The notes below the pieces were generated by a model. That model ran no database searches. It had not been told where the DNA came from and saw only the letters and a list, made by a program, of their open reading frames with translations. Made by a program: the position numbers and the translations under genes. From Octopus sinensis (lineage: Eukaryota), in NCBI RefSeq assembly GCF_006345805.1, contig NC_043005.1, positions 44,826,001 through 44,890,000 of the forward strand: a DNA stretch of 64,000 nucleotides. The letters run 5' to 3'. Of this stretch, positions 21,061 to 34,350 are shown in pieces. Position 1 is the first letter of the stretch. Each line of letters begins with the position of its first letter.

Positions 21061-22389
21061 GCATGGAACTGAGGTGTTTCGCTTATCAACATTGCTGACA
21101 GTTGGTTTCAGGTTGACAGAGAAGATACTTGGCTACCCCAGTTGGAAAAGAAAGGATAGAAAAGAGAGTTAGTGTTGGAGAGAAAGATAAAGATACTGAG
21201 TGAGGGCAAGAGATAGATGATGGAGGAGATGTGCTTTATTTTTTTAAAAAATTAAGTTTCAGTTTTCCCTTGAGAATTATTTTGAACCAGACATTGGGCT
21301 AAAGTATGGATACAGAGATAGAAATAGTTGTTTTTCTACAGAGAAGATACTTGGTTACTCCAGTTGGAAAAGAAAGGATAGAAAAGAGACATTGTGTTGC
21401 AGAGAAAGAGAGAGAGGAAGAGTGAGAGCAAGTGATAGATGATGGTGGAGATGTGTTTTTTTTTTTAAAATTAAGTTCCAGTTTTCACCTGGAACTTTTT
21501 TTTATTATTGATCATGTTTTCTTTGTCCCTTGAAGAAAAGCAAACAACAACAAGATATTGAACCACAACTCACACAATGGAAGAATTACGAAATTACTCC
21601 ATCTTTTTATTTTTGTTGTTTGTTTTTCTTCAAGATGCACGCTGCCTGGTCTGAGAGTCGAACCCACAATCCCTCAACCGTGAGTCTGCTGCTCTAACCA
21701 CTAGGCCATGTGCCTCCACTTGTAACAAGATGCCAGTATCATAACTTTCTTTGTTACATGTTACTAGTTTTGTACATGCAAATGGCAATGTCAAGATCAT
21801 TCTAGCCTTTATCGTCCCTACATACATCATTTATAGGTTCTTCACTAAAACCAAGAATGTAGCACCCTTAAAATATACTGAAAATCGTTGGTCTGTTTCA
21901 ATATACTTGGCTACCCCAGTTTGGAATAAAAAGGAGAGAAAAGAGAGGTAGTATCAGAGAGAAATATAGAGAGACAGAGTGAGGGCCAGAGATAGATGAT
22001 TGCTTCTTTTTTTTTAGCTTAAGTTTCAGTTTTCACCTGACTATTGTTTTATTATTGATCAAGTTGTCTTCCTGTGTCCTTTGAAGAAAACCAAACAACT
22101 AAATAAAAAAAAATAGAAGTAATTTCATCATTTATTCAACATGAGAGTCATTCTCCTTTGGATTCCCAAGCATGGGTATATGGTAAGAAGCTTGCTTCCC
22201 AACCACATGGTTCTGGGTTCAGTCCCATTGTGGTGGTAGGGACAAACACAGACACAAAGACACACACACAGAGATATATATACATATACATATGTATTTA
22301 CAGACATATATGTATTTACATATATATATATACACACATATATATATAAATACATATATATGTATGTATATATATATATATATATATAT

Positions 22390-22760
22390 CATCATCATCA
22401 TCATCATCATTTAGCGTCCGTTTTCCATGCTAGCATGGGTTGGACGGTTCTACTGGGGTCTGTGAAGCCAGAAGGCTTCATCAGGCCCAGTCAAATCTGG
22501 CAGTGTTTCTACGGCTGGATGCCCTTCCTAACGCCAACCACTCCGTGAGTGTAGTGGGTGCTTTTTACGTGCCACCCGCACTGGTGCCAGACAGAGCTGG
22601 CAAACGGCCACGAACGGATGGTGCTTTTTATGTGCCACCGGCACGAGGGCCAGGCGAGGCTGGCAACGGACACGAAACGGGGCGGTGCTGGCAACGGTCG
22701 CGAAACGGAAAGTTCTCTTACATGCCACCGGCACTGGTAACACATCTGCAATTTCCATTG
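22390..22760 (-). mobile_element. 5'-truncated RTE 3' tail copy
   Basis: Reverse complement of 15330-15615 with a (CAT)n tail. Confidence 0.85.
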
Positions 22761-22778
22761 ATCGATTTCCATTGATCG

Positions 22779-22821
<43 letters not shown>

Positions 22822-22906
22822 ATTCGAGACAAAACCACTATTTGCAAAACAAACAAGGAAAGACTTAATCAATACATAAAAATTTTTAATATAAAGAAAT
22901 AAACCG

Positions 22907-22949
22907 CCACTACAATCGTTTCATGTCTTCAATGACATTCGTCAGGTGG
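22907..22949 (-). ncRNA. Type I hammerhead ribozyme, canonical core
   Basis: Minus strand: CCAC CUGACGA AUGUC auugaa GACAU GAAAC gauu GUA GUGG; all three stems pair. Confidence 0.8.
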
Positions 22950-23017
22950 ATTTTCGATCTATTAATCTGTTTTAATTTATGACTTCATAAATTAAAACAG
23001 ATTAATTGATCGAAAAT

Positions 23018-23060
23018 CAACCTGACGGATGTCATTGAAGACATGAAACGATTGTAGTGG
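23018..23060 (+). ncRNA. Hammerhead motif, mutated (CUGACGG core, stem I mismatch)
   Basis: CAAC CUGACGG AUGUC auugaa GACAU GAAAC gauu GUA GUGG. Confidence 0.6.
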
Positions 23061-23237
23061 CGGTTTATTTCTTTATATTAAAAATTTTTATGTATTGATT
23101 AAGTCTTTCCTTGTTTGTTTTGCAAAATAGTGGTTTTGTCTCCAATTATATTATATAATATTTTACTATAAAATTGGATTTAATCCTAAATCTGATTTTT
23201 CCCTGTAAATTTGGATTTATTCCCTAATATTTATTAT

Positions 23238-23272
<35 letters not shown>

Positions 23273-23291
23273 GTATAAACGATGATGATGA

Positions 23292-23326
<35 letters not shown>

Positions 23327-23887
23327 ACACAACAGGCTTCTTTCAGTTTCCATCTACCATATCCACTCACAAGGCTTTGGTCAGCCCAAGGCTATAGTGG
23401 AAGACACTTGCCCAAGGTGTCATGCAGTGGAACTGAACCCGGAAGCATGTGGTTGAGAAGCAAGCTTCTCGCTCACAAGAATTAGACTTAGCTGTCAAAA
23501 CTATAAAATTAAACTATTTTCACAAAAAGGATACTACTGACAACCATTCTATATAAGAACTCGTAAATGAACAAACAAGAGGAAACTTACAGACTACACA
23601 TTCATACAATACAGGCATCGATAATTATTTATTTATTTATTTATTTATTTTTACTTGTTTCAGTAATTTTGACTGTGGTCATGCTGGAGCACCACCTTAA
23701 AGGGTTTTAGTCAAAGAAATCGACCTCAGGACTCATTTTTTGTAAGCTTAGTACTTATTCTATTGATCTCTCTTGCTGAACCACTAAGTTATGAGGACAT
23801 AAACACACTAGCATCAATTGTCAAGCAATAGCAGGGGGAGCAAACATAAACATACATACACATAAATGTATACACACACACACACAT

Positions 23888-23951
<64 letters not shown>

Positions 23952-24519
23952 GTTTAACGTCTGCTTTCCATGCTAGCATGGGTTGGACGATTTTGATTGA
24001 GGGCTGGCAAGCCAGATGGCTGCATCAGGCACCAATCTTGATCTGGCATATATTCCTTTGTGGTGGCACACCTCCTTTGCTGCTGTGCACCTGTTTCTAT
24101 CTTCATTCCTGATCGATCGATCTCTTTCTCTCTTTTTCTCTTTGGCTGGGTAACCTTGTACCACCTCTACAGCAAAACACCTGTTTCTGTCTCTCTGCCT
24201 CACTATAACCGTTCATCATCCAGCACAAGATCACCTCTTCCCAAAAAGTTTTTTTATTTATTTTTTGTTGTACAAGTACTTGGTAACCCTGTTAGTGCAG
24301 GTGCCACACTGTAAAGTGGTTGGCATTTGGAAAACCATCCAGCTGTAAAAACCTTGCCAAAACTGACCTTGCCTGTGCTTGTGCCAAGTATATATGCATT
24401 TATATATTATCTATATTATTGTATGATTGAATGCCATGCATCCATTTCCAAGTAAGTTTTATCTATCTATCTATATATGTATGTGTATGTGTGTGAGTGT
24501 GCGTGTGTATATATATATA

Positions 24520-24665
24520 GGAAGGGCATCCAGCTGTAGAAACACTGCCAGATCAGACTGGAGCCTGGTGCAGCCTTCTGGCTTCCCAGATCCCCGGTCG
24601 AACCGTCCAACCCATGCTAGCATGGAGAACGGACGTTAAACGATGATGATGATGATGATGATGAT
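24520..24665 (+). mobile_element. 5'-truncated RTE 3' tail copy
   Basis: ggaagggcatccagctgtagaaac...ggacgttaaacgatgatgat matches 15475-15615. Confidence 0.85.
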
Positions 24666-24984
24666 ATATATATATATATGCATGCATGTATTTTTGTATG
24701 CACATATACAACAGGCTTCTTTCAGATTCCGTCTACTAAATCCACTCACAAGGCTATAGTAGAAAACAATTGTCCAAGGTGCCATGCATTGGAACTGAAC
24801 CTAGAACCATCTGGCTAGGAAGCAAGCTTCTTACCTCACAGCTGCATCCATACCTATATATTTATATATTTGGCTGTTATTTCTAGCATATTAAGTGACT
24901 GTTTAGGAAACGTCTTAGACCAGATCCAGGGGCAGAGTAGGGAAGGAGATTTTCAAGGGCTTGCACGTTGAATGGAGGTCAGCA

Positions 24985-25239
24985 ACAAGAACAACACAAA
25001 TAACAACACAAATAATGAAGAAGTAGTAGTAGTAGTAGTAGTAGGAGGAGGAGCAACAGTGGCTGTGGCAGCAACTGTGACAGTGGCAACAACAGTAGCA
25101 GTGGCAGTGGTGGTGGTAGTTGTTGTTGTGATGGTGGTGGTGATAGTAGGAGTAGTAATAATAGTAGTAGCAGCAGCAGTAGTAGTAGATGTGATAGTAG
25201 TACTAATAGTAGTAGTAGTTGCTGTTGCTCTCGTTGGTT

Positions 25240-25270
<31 letters not shown>

Positions 25271-25278
25271 CAGTGGTA

Positions 25279-25313
<35 letters not shown>

Positions 25314-25330
25314 GGTGGTGGTGGTGGTGG
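24985..25330. repeat. (GTA/GTG/TTG/GGT)n trinucleotide tract
   Basis: Direct observation. Confidence 0.9.
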
Positions 25331-25488
25331 TGGTGGTGGTGGTGGTGGCGATGCTATCTTCTACTATAACTTCTGCAGTTTACGAGTGATTAAACAGGTA
25401 AATGCCGAAGAAGTTTCAAACTGAATGCCTTAATCTACCAATCCACCTAAGTTAACACTAAGCTGCCACTCCTACTCCATTTCCCCCC

Positions 25489-25519
<31 letters not shown>

Positions 25520-26159
25520 CATGTTTTCTGGCTAGTAATATTAAACTTAGGAAAAACAACAACAAAAACAAATAATATTTCAGTTTTGCTTAAGAGGAAA
25601 ATATTTAAAATATTAAAACATTTTCTCATCAAACCAAGAAATTTAATGACACAAAAGCACTGAAACTGTTTGGTAATTAGGCAATTAAGTAATTAATTGA
25701 TAGGAAAATGTACTGATGAGACCCATTCTTAAAGAATACTTTAGCTTTTAAAACTAAAATTATGACATCTTTATTCCCTTAATGGATATTTCAGACAATT
25801 AACAGGTAGAAGTTTTCTTAAATTCAATTTTTTTCCGCATTTCATGCATTATAGTCGACATAGTTGGTGTTGAATTACTTTTAACCTTTATTTGTTCTTG
25901 ATTATTTTAATATCATCTGAAATGATAGTTTGCTCTAGATGGCCTAATCTCTGACTAGCTTTTCCTTCAAACCTTACTTATTTTCTTAATTGTGTTTTTT
26001 TTTCTTCTTTTTCTAAATTGATGTCATATTTCTCTTGATGTAGTTTTTCATTTTTCTTCCTGATATCCCTTATGAAGGACTGCACTTTAGTTAATATGTA
26101 AAAATATGTGGTGGAATCAGAAGAGAGGTGAAAGAAGTATTCCAGAGATAATTATATAG

Positions 26160-26170
26160 ATAGATAAATT

Positions 26171-26203
<33 letters not shown>

Positions 26204-26267
26204 TGAGAGAGAGAGAGAGAGAGAAATAAGTGTTTAAATATCTGACTATACCTCTTTCTCTCTCTGC

Positions 26268-26313
<46 letters not shown>

Positions 26314-26870
26314 GGTTTTAGTTTGACATTCTATTAGAAAAGAAAGGAATCACAATCAAAGTTGGAATTTGTTACATTAAGTGAAAGTCTTCCTATAATG
26401 CAACAGAATTAGTCATATAAGAGTCACTTATCATTAACTACATATACATACACACACACACGTATATATATATATATTATATATATATTATATATTATAT
26501 ATATATATAATATATATATTAATGTATATATATATATATATTTATGTGTATATATATGTATATATATATTTATGTATATGTATATATATATATATATATA
26601 TATGTATTATATATACATATATATGTATATATGTCTATATATATATGTATATGTATATATGTATATATATATATTATATATATGTATATGTATATGTATA
26701 TATGTATATGTATGTATATATACAAACATATCTGTATATATGCATATATATATATGATGTATGTATGTATGTATGTATGTATGTATGTATGTATGTATGT
26801 ATGTATGTATGCATGCATGCATGTATGTATGTGTGTATGTATGTATGTATGTATGTATGTATGTATGAAT
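26160..26870. repeat. (GA)n, (TG)n, (TA)n, (TATG)n microsatellite block
   Basis: Direct observation. Confidence 0.9.
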
Positions 26871-27984
26871 GAGGGAAATGGTGCCTATGAAGGCAGTGCC
26901 TACCTTGAATAAAATAGATCGATACCAACATTTTCCTTTTATGGCAAATTATGCACCTAATTCAATAAAGTTATGAAGGTTACACTGATTAGTATGCATA
27001 AAATGCAAAATATTTTATTTTTTTGTGAATTAAGTAGGCATGATTCGCCCCTGCTTTTCAATCTCAGTATTTAAGTTATGTATAGTACTGCTGTAGTACA
27101 CATGCTGCGTACACTCCTAAAATACCATTTTCTTTATGTGCTGTAATGGCAGAAGTAAATCTACCTTCAACTCATTTACATGCCTGTGTTTCACTTATTT
27201 TTTGTGTTTTACTACTTAAAGGTCACCAACTGCCTACCCTGAGTAATTACTGACAACATGTGCCTAATATGTATGTATATGTATATATATGCATATAAAG
27301 TTAATCCAAACAAGAAAGCACAAAAAAAACAACAATGCAAGGACGTGGAACAAATATGTATATATCTTGTCAATGCATCATATATCCAAAAAAGAAGCAC
27401 ACACACACACACATATATTATCTCATCATTTAACATCTGTTGGATGGTTTGACCAGGACTGTCAAGCTGGAAGGCTGCACTAGACTCCAGTCTGATTTGG
27501 TATGGTTTCTATGGCTTAATGCCCTTCCTAGCACCAACCACCTTCCCTAGCATGATATAATACCAAATGTCTCGTTCAATATATTTGAAATGTTTAAACA
27601 ATCTTACCATCACTTTATCTAAACATTATTCATTTTCACTAAATTTCAATGTCAATTTATATAAAGTTTAAAATAAGAGAATTAGTGTAAGAAGCTCCAA
27701 ACTTCTCAAAACATGGCTAAAACCCAACCCAGTAAAACTAGCAACCCTTTAGGGTTAAACAGTTTTGAAGTCAATAAAACTAGGGTATTTTCTGGAACTG
27801 AACTAACTAGACAAGAAATTTCATTTTAAGATCTGAAAATAAAATTCAAACTCTAAAACAGACTTTTTTTTGTCTCTCTCTCTCACTCTCTCTCCACCCA
27901 TCCCCGCCTTTAAATTTTTTACAGGTTTCAATTTTAGTTTTAATAAAGTCTTTCTAGATTCTGCCAATGCTTCATGAAATAGGG

Positions 27985-28215
27985 GTGAAGGAACTGAGAT
28001 TTCTTGGTCATGTGATGAGGAAGAAGGGTCTGGAGAATTTAGCGATGACCAGAAAGATTAAAAGGAAAAGGTTAAAAGATGAAATGGATGTCAGGCTTGA
28101 TGAAGCAGTTGGAAGAAAGTGGCATTAAACCTCAGGAGGTGGAGCTGCTACAGAGTAAAGAGAACAGAGAATTGTGGCAAGACATGATCACCTATGCCTT
28201 ATATTCTGGACATTG
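27985..28215 (+). pseudogene. Decayed RTE-like 3' fragment
   Basis: ELRFLGHVMRKKGLENLAMTRKI...ENRELWQDMI resembles the RTE C-terminus (L.FLGHVMR..GLE.L..TGKI.G...DR..W). Confidence 0.55.
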
Positions 28216-28239
28216 GTGGGTGGTCGTCATCTGTTAGCA

Positions 28240-28560
28240 GAGATCATGATCTTCAGGAGGTCCTGACATAGTCTACCAACTTTGTTCTCAAAGTATTCCT
28301 TAGCGGATGATGGTTTGTTAAACTCTCCTTCATACAGGTAAGGTTTGATAACTCAGTCATGGTCTCCTTGGTGGTCTTCCTTGTTGAGCTTCCGAGCCCA
28401 TAGTAACATGGATGCCATTCTGGAGACAGATGTGGTGGTGATGTATTTCGTGAGTCTCTGGATGATAGCATATTTGAGGCTTTAGTCCATTATCCTCTTT
28501 TCTTTCAGGATGAGTGTTCCTATTAGGTCAGTGATAAGTGAATTACATTTGTCTCGGTGG
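28240..28560 (-). pseudogene. Possible decayed Penelope-like N-terminal coding fragment
   Basis: NVIHLS...GLKYAIIQR...LLWARKL...KPYLYEGEFNKPSSAKEYFENKVGRLCQDL loosely resembles the PLE pre-RT region; weak match. Confidence 0.3.
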
Positions 28561-29175
28561 TATGTTTTGTTTCTATATGCTCAAATGGTGGGGTGTATGG
28601 TGTATGATCGATGGAATAGCATTCAAATATTTTTCTTTCTTTCTTTCTTTCTACCTTTAAGACTTTATAACGTTATGACTCTGAAGCCTTCAAAACTTTT
28701 CAAGATTCTTTGAGAATTTTTGATATTTTATGCATTGTTCCAAATACTTTTTCTTCAAGGGTTTTTTGAAGTTTGTGTAGTCTATTAAAATCTTATCCTT
28801 TCAAACTTTTCATTTCTTTCAATTCCTTTCTTTTTTTTTCATTTTCCACTTTTTCATGTTTTCACCTTCTCGTCTTGTTCATAAGTACTTTTAACTTTTT
28901 AAAAATTCTTCTGATTATTCAGATACGATATTTCTCCCCATTCCTTTACCTTCCCAATCTCTCCTACTAATGATGTTACCCTGTTGTCTTTCTATATCTA
29001 TTTAACAACTTGTCATCCTTAGCATCATGACTGTTTCTCAGCTTTCTCCATTTAATGATAATTTCAGTGCATAATAAATTATGTTTACGGGTCTGCACTA
29101 ATATGCATGCTACCCTTTATACAACTGTAAATTCACAAATCAATGCAACACACACACACACATGCACACACACAC

Positions 29176-29206
<31 letters not shown>

Positions 29207-29236
29207 CACCACACACACACACACACAGAACGTGTG

Positions 29237-29445
29237 CAATGGGGTGCTGAAGAGTTCCTGACTTTGGGTAAAAGAAAATACAGGAAGATCAGTTAATTAT
29301 GATTTTATTCAACATATTACCCTCTCAGATTCACACATTTATTGCGGCAATCCTTCAGTTTTTCTGTAAAAAACCGTGGAAGGCAAGGCCTCCAGCTAGG
29401 CCTTTTCTGATGCCTTAAAAACTAGGAACTTTTCAGCTACCCCTC

Positions 29446-29446
<1 letters not shown>
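29237..29446. mobile_element. mariner-derived MITE
   Basis: ggggtgctgaagagttcc ... ggaacttttcagctacccctcg(ta) imperfect TIRs. Confidence 0.65.
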
Positions 29447-29489
<43 letters not shown>

Positions 29490-29564
29490 TGTGTGTGTTA
29501 AATAAAATGAGACAGCAAAGCAAAGGCAGTGTGAAATTTCTAGGACATTTATCAACAAAAGGTA

Positions 29565-29612
29565 GTCTTACAGCTGTTTCAGAGATATGAGGGATATCTC
29601 TTCATCAGAGAC
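29565..29612 (-). ncRNA. Type I hammerhead ribozyme, canonical core, palindromic stem III
   Basis: Minus strand: GUCU CUGAUGA AGAGAUAU cccuc AUAUCUCU GAAAC agcu GUA AGAC. Confidence 0.88.
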
Positions 29613-29919
29613 GATATGAGAGAGGTAAATAGAGGGAAATAGTAAAGTTCAGTATAAGAAGTTATTCTGGAAAGGGAGAGATATAGGAAGTATAAAGGGA
29701 AATAAGAGAATAAAAATCAAAATATATGTTGGATGTTACAGTTGCAGTTCCATTATCCAAGGAAAGTGCTGTGTTGAATGGGTAGAAAGGCTTCTTGTCC
29801 ATAGTATGTAAATTCCAGTAGGAGTTCATATTTTGCAATTACAAATGGATAGCATAGAGACATTAATCCATGTACTGTTCATTCAAAGGGGTATTGTAGT
29901 GTGAATTTATATATATATA

Positions 29920-29954
<35 letters not shown>

Positions 29955-30084
29955 GGGTAAAATTAATTAATTAATTAATAATTTTACCAAGTAGTTCGGT
30001 ATGTTAAAAGAACTATTATCGGTAAACTTATACAAAAATTCTATAATTATGAGTATAATTATAGAATTTATACATATATATAGA

Positions 30085-30230
30085 CTATGGGCTTCCATAC
30101 AGTTTCTGTCTACCAGGTCCCCCCATAAGGCTTTGGTAAGCTCAAGGCTATTGTAGAAGACATTTTTCCAAGGTGCCATCCAGTGGGACTGAACTCAGGA
30201 CCATATATTTGGGAAGCAAAATTCTTACCA
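30085..30230 (-). mobile_element. SINE family A head fragment
   Basis: Reverse complement of 30420-30570, diverged. Confidence 0.7.
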
Positions 30231-30411
30231 CATGACCATGTCTACATTTGAATTCAATTTTCACAGAGATCAACTTTATCTTATATCCTTTCAAAGTCAA
30301 AGAAATAAATACCAGTCACAAACTCAGGGTCAATCAACAGTTCAGTCACACCCAAAATTTTCAGCACTTGTGCTTATGTTAGAAATCATTATTATATCAA
30401 TTAACAAAATA

Positions 30412-30826
30412 GGTGCAGGAGTGGCTGTGTGGTAAGTAGCTTGCTTCCGACCACATGGTTCCGGGTTCAGTCCCACTGCGTGGTATCTTGGGCAAGTGTC
30501 TTCTGATATAGCCCCGGGCTGACCAATGCCTTGTGAGTGGATTTGGTAGACGGAAACTGAAAGAAGCCTGTCGTATATATGTATATATATATATATGTAT
30601 GTGTGTGTGTTTGTGTGCCTGTGTTTGTCCCCCTAGCATTGCTTGACAATTGATGCTGGTGTGTTTACGTCCCCGTCACTTAGCGGTTCGGCAAAAAGAG
30701 ACCAATAGAATAAGTACTGGGGTTACAAAGAATAAGTCCCGGGGTCGATTTGCTCGACTAAAGGCGGTGCTCCAGCATGGCCGCAGTCAAATGACTGAAA
30801 CAAGTAAAAGAAAGAAAAGAAAGAAA
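30412..30826 (+). mobile_element. tRNA-headed SINE family A, full-length copy
   Basis: gtggctgtgtggtaag A-box, gggttcagtccc B-box, internal (TA/TG)n, 3' end gactgaaacaagtaaaaga with (AAAGA)n. Confidence 0.9.
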
Positions 30827-31439
30827 ATACCTTTTGACAACCAAATGAATAATGACTATATAGATGTAGATAAATCTGTGACACCATGATGTACTTGTGA
30901 AATCTATGAAAGAAAGAAAAGCAAGGATAAAAATAATCTTTACATGAAAATAGGTAACTTTTGAAGAGAATTATAACAAGACAACAGTTGATTAATGTCT
31001 GATTTACAAGCTATAAAATCTATGGAGAACATATTTTTAAATGTAACAGCTTATGTTTTGATTAAATGACAATCGAGATGTTTATTTCACCCTTTAGATA
31101 TTTATATACATATTTCGTATTTTATTTCATTCTTTTCCATAATAAATAAATACTTAAATCTAAAAAAAAAAGAGAATAGGAAAGCATCTATGGATAATAA
31201 CTAATGTTTGGTAATTATCAAACACTAATCTTGGACTGTTTTACCTATCTGCTAAGCCACGGTGTCTATTTTTAATTATCAATTACTCTGAAATGTTCCA
31301 ATTTATTAATATTGGAATTCCAGATAGTCTGTAATTTAAAGAGGCATTAAGTTTCCAACATAACCATTCAAAAAATTGATAACTGAAATCAAATAAGTAA
31401 TGACATACATTTATTATCTGCTAAGTTATACGATATTGT

Positions 31440-31821
31440 ATATGATATTCTAAATATAATACTGTGTGCATATGTGCATATGTACACGTGTGTGTGTGTG
31501 CTTGTATGCTTTTATATATATATATGTGCTTGTAAGCGCATGTATGCATATGCCCGTGTATGTCTACATGTACATAATTACACAGAAAATATAAATAATT
31601 TAATGTATATATATATATGTGTGTGTGTGTGCATGTGTGTGTATGTAAGTGTGTATGTTTGCATGTACATGTGTATATATGTATGCATATACATATATAC
31701 ACATATGTATAGATATATGTGTGCATATATATATATATGTATATTTATGTATGTATATATATTTATACATATAGTTATACATATATTTATATGTATATAT
31801 TTATACATACATAAATATAGG

Positions 31822-31861
<40 letters not shown>

Positions 31862-32121
31862 GATATACTAACAAACATGTGTGTGTGCATGTATATTTAT
31901 GTACATTTATATGTTTGTACTTGTATATGCATGTGTATGTATGTATGTATATAATAAAATAAACAAATAGATACACATGAGCATAAACAAGCAAGAGACA
32001 GAAAGCACTTGATGCAATGGCTAAAGTGGTTTATAATTCATTAGACATATTAGACATTGAAACTTTACAAATCATTTCTTAGAGTAACGATTTGAGAAAC
32101 TTCAGGTTCCAATAAATTGCG

Positions 32122-32152
<31 letters not shown>

Positions 32153-32466
32153 ATTCATATGCACAGAGGCACTGTCATAGGTGTTTAGTTATTGGTGCGA
32201 GTATGGCTTCGTGGTAACAAAGGTTGCTTTCTAATCATTTGCATGGTATCATGTGCAAACTCTTATGCTCATTGCCTCAGGCAAACCAATGACATGTGAC
32301 TGAAAGCAGGTACATGTCACTGTACATAAACCTAACACAATCATATGCACACACATGAAAACACTGTCAATGACAGGATGAAAACTCCTTCAGACATATT
32401 AAGAAGTACCATATGAGGTTGCATACATTTCTAGTGACCATATTTATATGTCCGTGTGTGCGTGTG

Positions 32467-32505
<39 letters not shown>

Positions 32506-32511
32506 TATATA

Positions 32512-32570
<59 letters not shown>

Positions 32571-32599
32571 CTATATATATATATATATATATATGTATA

Positions 32600-32634
<35 letters not shown>

Positions 32635-32643
32635 GGTCATATG

Positions 32644-32696
<53 letters not shown>

Positions 32697-32770
32697 ATGT
32701 ATATATATATATATGTATATACAAAGATAGATAGAAAAACAGATATACAGAAAGACAGATACATAGATAG
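31440..32770. repeat. (TA)n/(TG)n-rich microsatellite region
   Basis: Direct observation. Confidence 0.85.
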
Positions 32771-32783
32771 ACATATGTATATA

Positions 32784-33183
32784 TTCTTTTATTCTTTTAC
32801 TTGTTTCAGTTATTTGATTGCAGTCATGTTGGAGTACCTCCTTAAAAGGTTTTTTTAGTTAAATAAATCGACCCCCGGACTAATTCTTTGTAAGACTAGT
32901 ACTTATTTTATTGGTGTCTTTTGCTGAACTACTAAGTGACAGGGATGTAAACACACCAACATCGGTTGTCAAATGATGATGGGGGACAAACACAAACAGA
33001 ATAACGCACACACACACATGACAGGCTTCTTTCAGTTTCCATCTACCAAATCCATTCACAAGGCTATTGCAGAAACCAGAGGTTATAACAGAAGACACTT
33101 GCCTAATATGCCATGTAGTAGGACTGAACCCAGAACCATGTGGTTGGGAAGCAAGCTTCTTATCACAGAGCCACACTTGCACT
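32784..33183 (-). mobile_element. SINE family A, full-length diverged copy
   Basis: Reverse complement of 30412-30826. Confidence 0.85.
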
Positions 33184-33192
33184 TACGTATAT

Positions 33193-33255
<63 letters not shown>

Positions 33256-33539
33256 ATTTATCTCCCCTTGATCTCTGACATCACCTGACAAACCAAGATG
33301 GCGTGAATCAGCCAAGCTTTACCTGCTAGAAATAACAACCCAAATGCTTTTAATTGAGATCCCACTGCTGGATGGTCAAGAACCAAATGAAGGACAGCTT
33401 GTCAATCCCGTGACCATCCTGATTCCAAAAAGGTATAATATGTCTATGTAGAGCACATGTAGATTGAGATACAGGGGTCCCAGATGGACAGACAGAATTT
33501 TGCTTTTATTATTATAGATTTAAAGACATAAGCATATAT

Positions 33540-34350
33540 AACAAGGTATCTAAAAGAAACCGGAATTTTTGCAATATTATTTTACTCACTTAGCTTTACA
33601 TGTTTTCACTTTTATTGCCTTCAAAGTATTCTCCATTTGAAGCAGTTCAGGAACTCTGTCGTTTTTTTCTTCACCTCTTCCACATCTGCAAAACGTTTTC
33701 CTTTAAGGAACTTTTTCATTCGAGGGGACAAAAAAATGTTACTGGGAGCAAGATTGGGTGAATAGGGAGGGTGGGCAAGAAGGGGCCACATGTTCAGTTG
33801 TGACTGCTTTTGATCTTACATTCACAATTCCTCACTCAAAATTCATTGACAGGAGCTCCAGGACACACCAGTCATATCAACAAGTTCGTCAATTGTTTGG
33901 TGACAGTCCCCTAAGATCAGTTCATAAATTTTCATGATGTTTTCATTCATTTGGGAGGTCAATGGTTACTCTAAATGAAATTGGTCCTCAAGCAACAAGT
34001 GACCATTCCTAAAGATTGAAAACTACTTGTAAACTTACGTTTTGCTCATAGCAGTGGCTTCAAACAGTGTAAACTGTTTGGAGCAGAACAAATGTTTTGG
34101 GCCATCGTTTTCCCCAGCAGAATTTCACGGTAGCACACTGTTCCTTTGTTTCAGCTATCACAAAAATTGGCAGACAGGGCAGAAACACTGCAAAATAAAG
34201 AAGCACCATGTAGCAGTATGATCTCCCTCAATGCCACCAGTAGACAGACTGATGCTTGAGGGCAGTATCAAGTGACTTCTAGCAGCGTGAACTAGCCTGA
34301 ACTACAATGGGCTTGTCCCGCATACAACGTTTTCAGTTAGTTTTGGGTAT
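33540..34350 (-). mobile_element. Decayed, internally deleted mariner (DD34D-type)
   Basis: Minus strand gives KEQCATVKFC...TIDELVDMTGVSWSSCQ*ILSEEL and LAHPPYSPNLAPSNIFLSPRMKKFLKGKRFADVEEVK; TIRs poorly conserved. Confidence 0.8.

Larger units (their letters stand above)
19800..22140. repeat. Locally amplified ~200-300 bp unit, four direct copies plus one inverted fragment
   Basis: tggctaccccagttggaaaagaaa...aagtttcagttttcacctg...ttgaagaaaa near 19845, 21120, 21340 and 21900; 21552-21635 is an inverted copy of ~20040-20130. Confidence 0.8.
22817..23151. repeat. Near-perfect ~335-bp palindrome of Penelope-like termini
   Basis: Arms meet at tttatga-ct-tcataaa (22976-22991); each arm carries a hammerhead motif. 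Confidence 0.92.

Noticed and set aside
24972-25424. 150-aa poly-V/S/C/G ORF (and 20140-20571)
   Set aside because: Trinucleotide low-complexity DNA.
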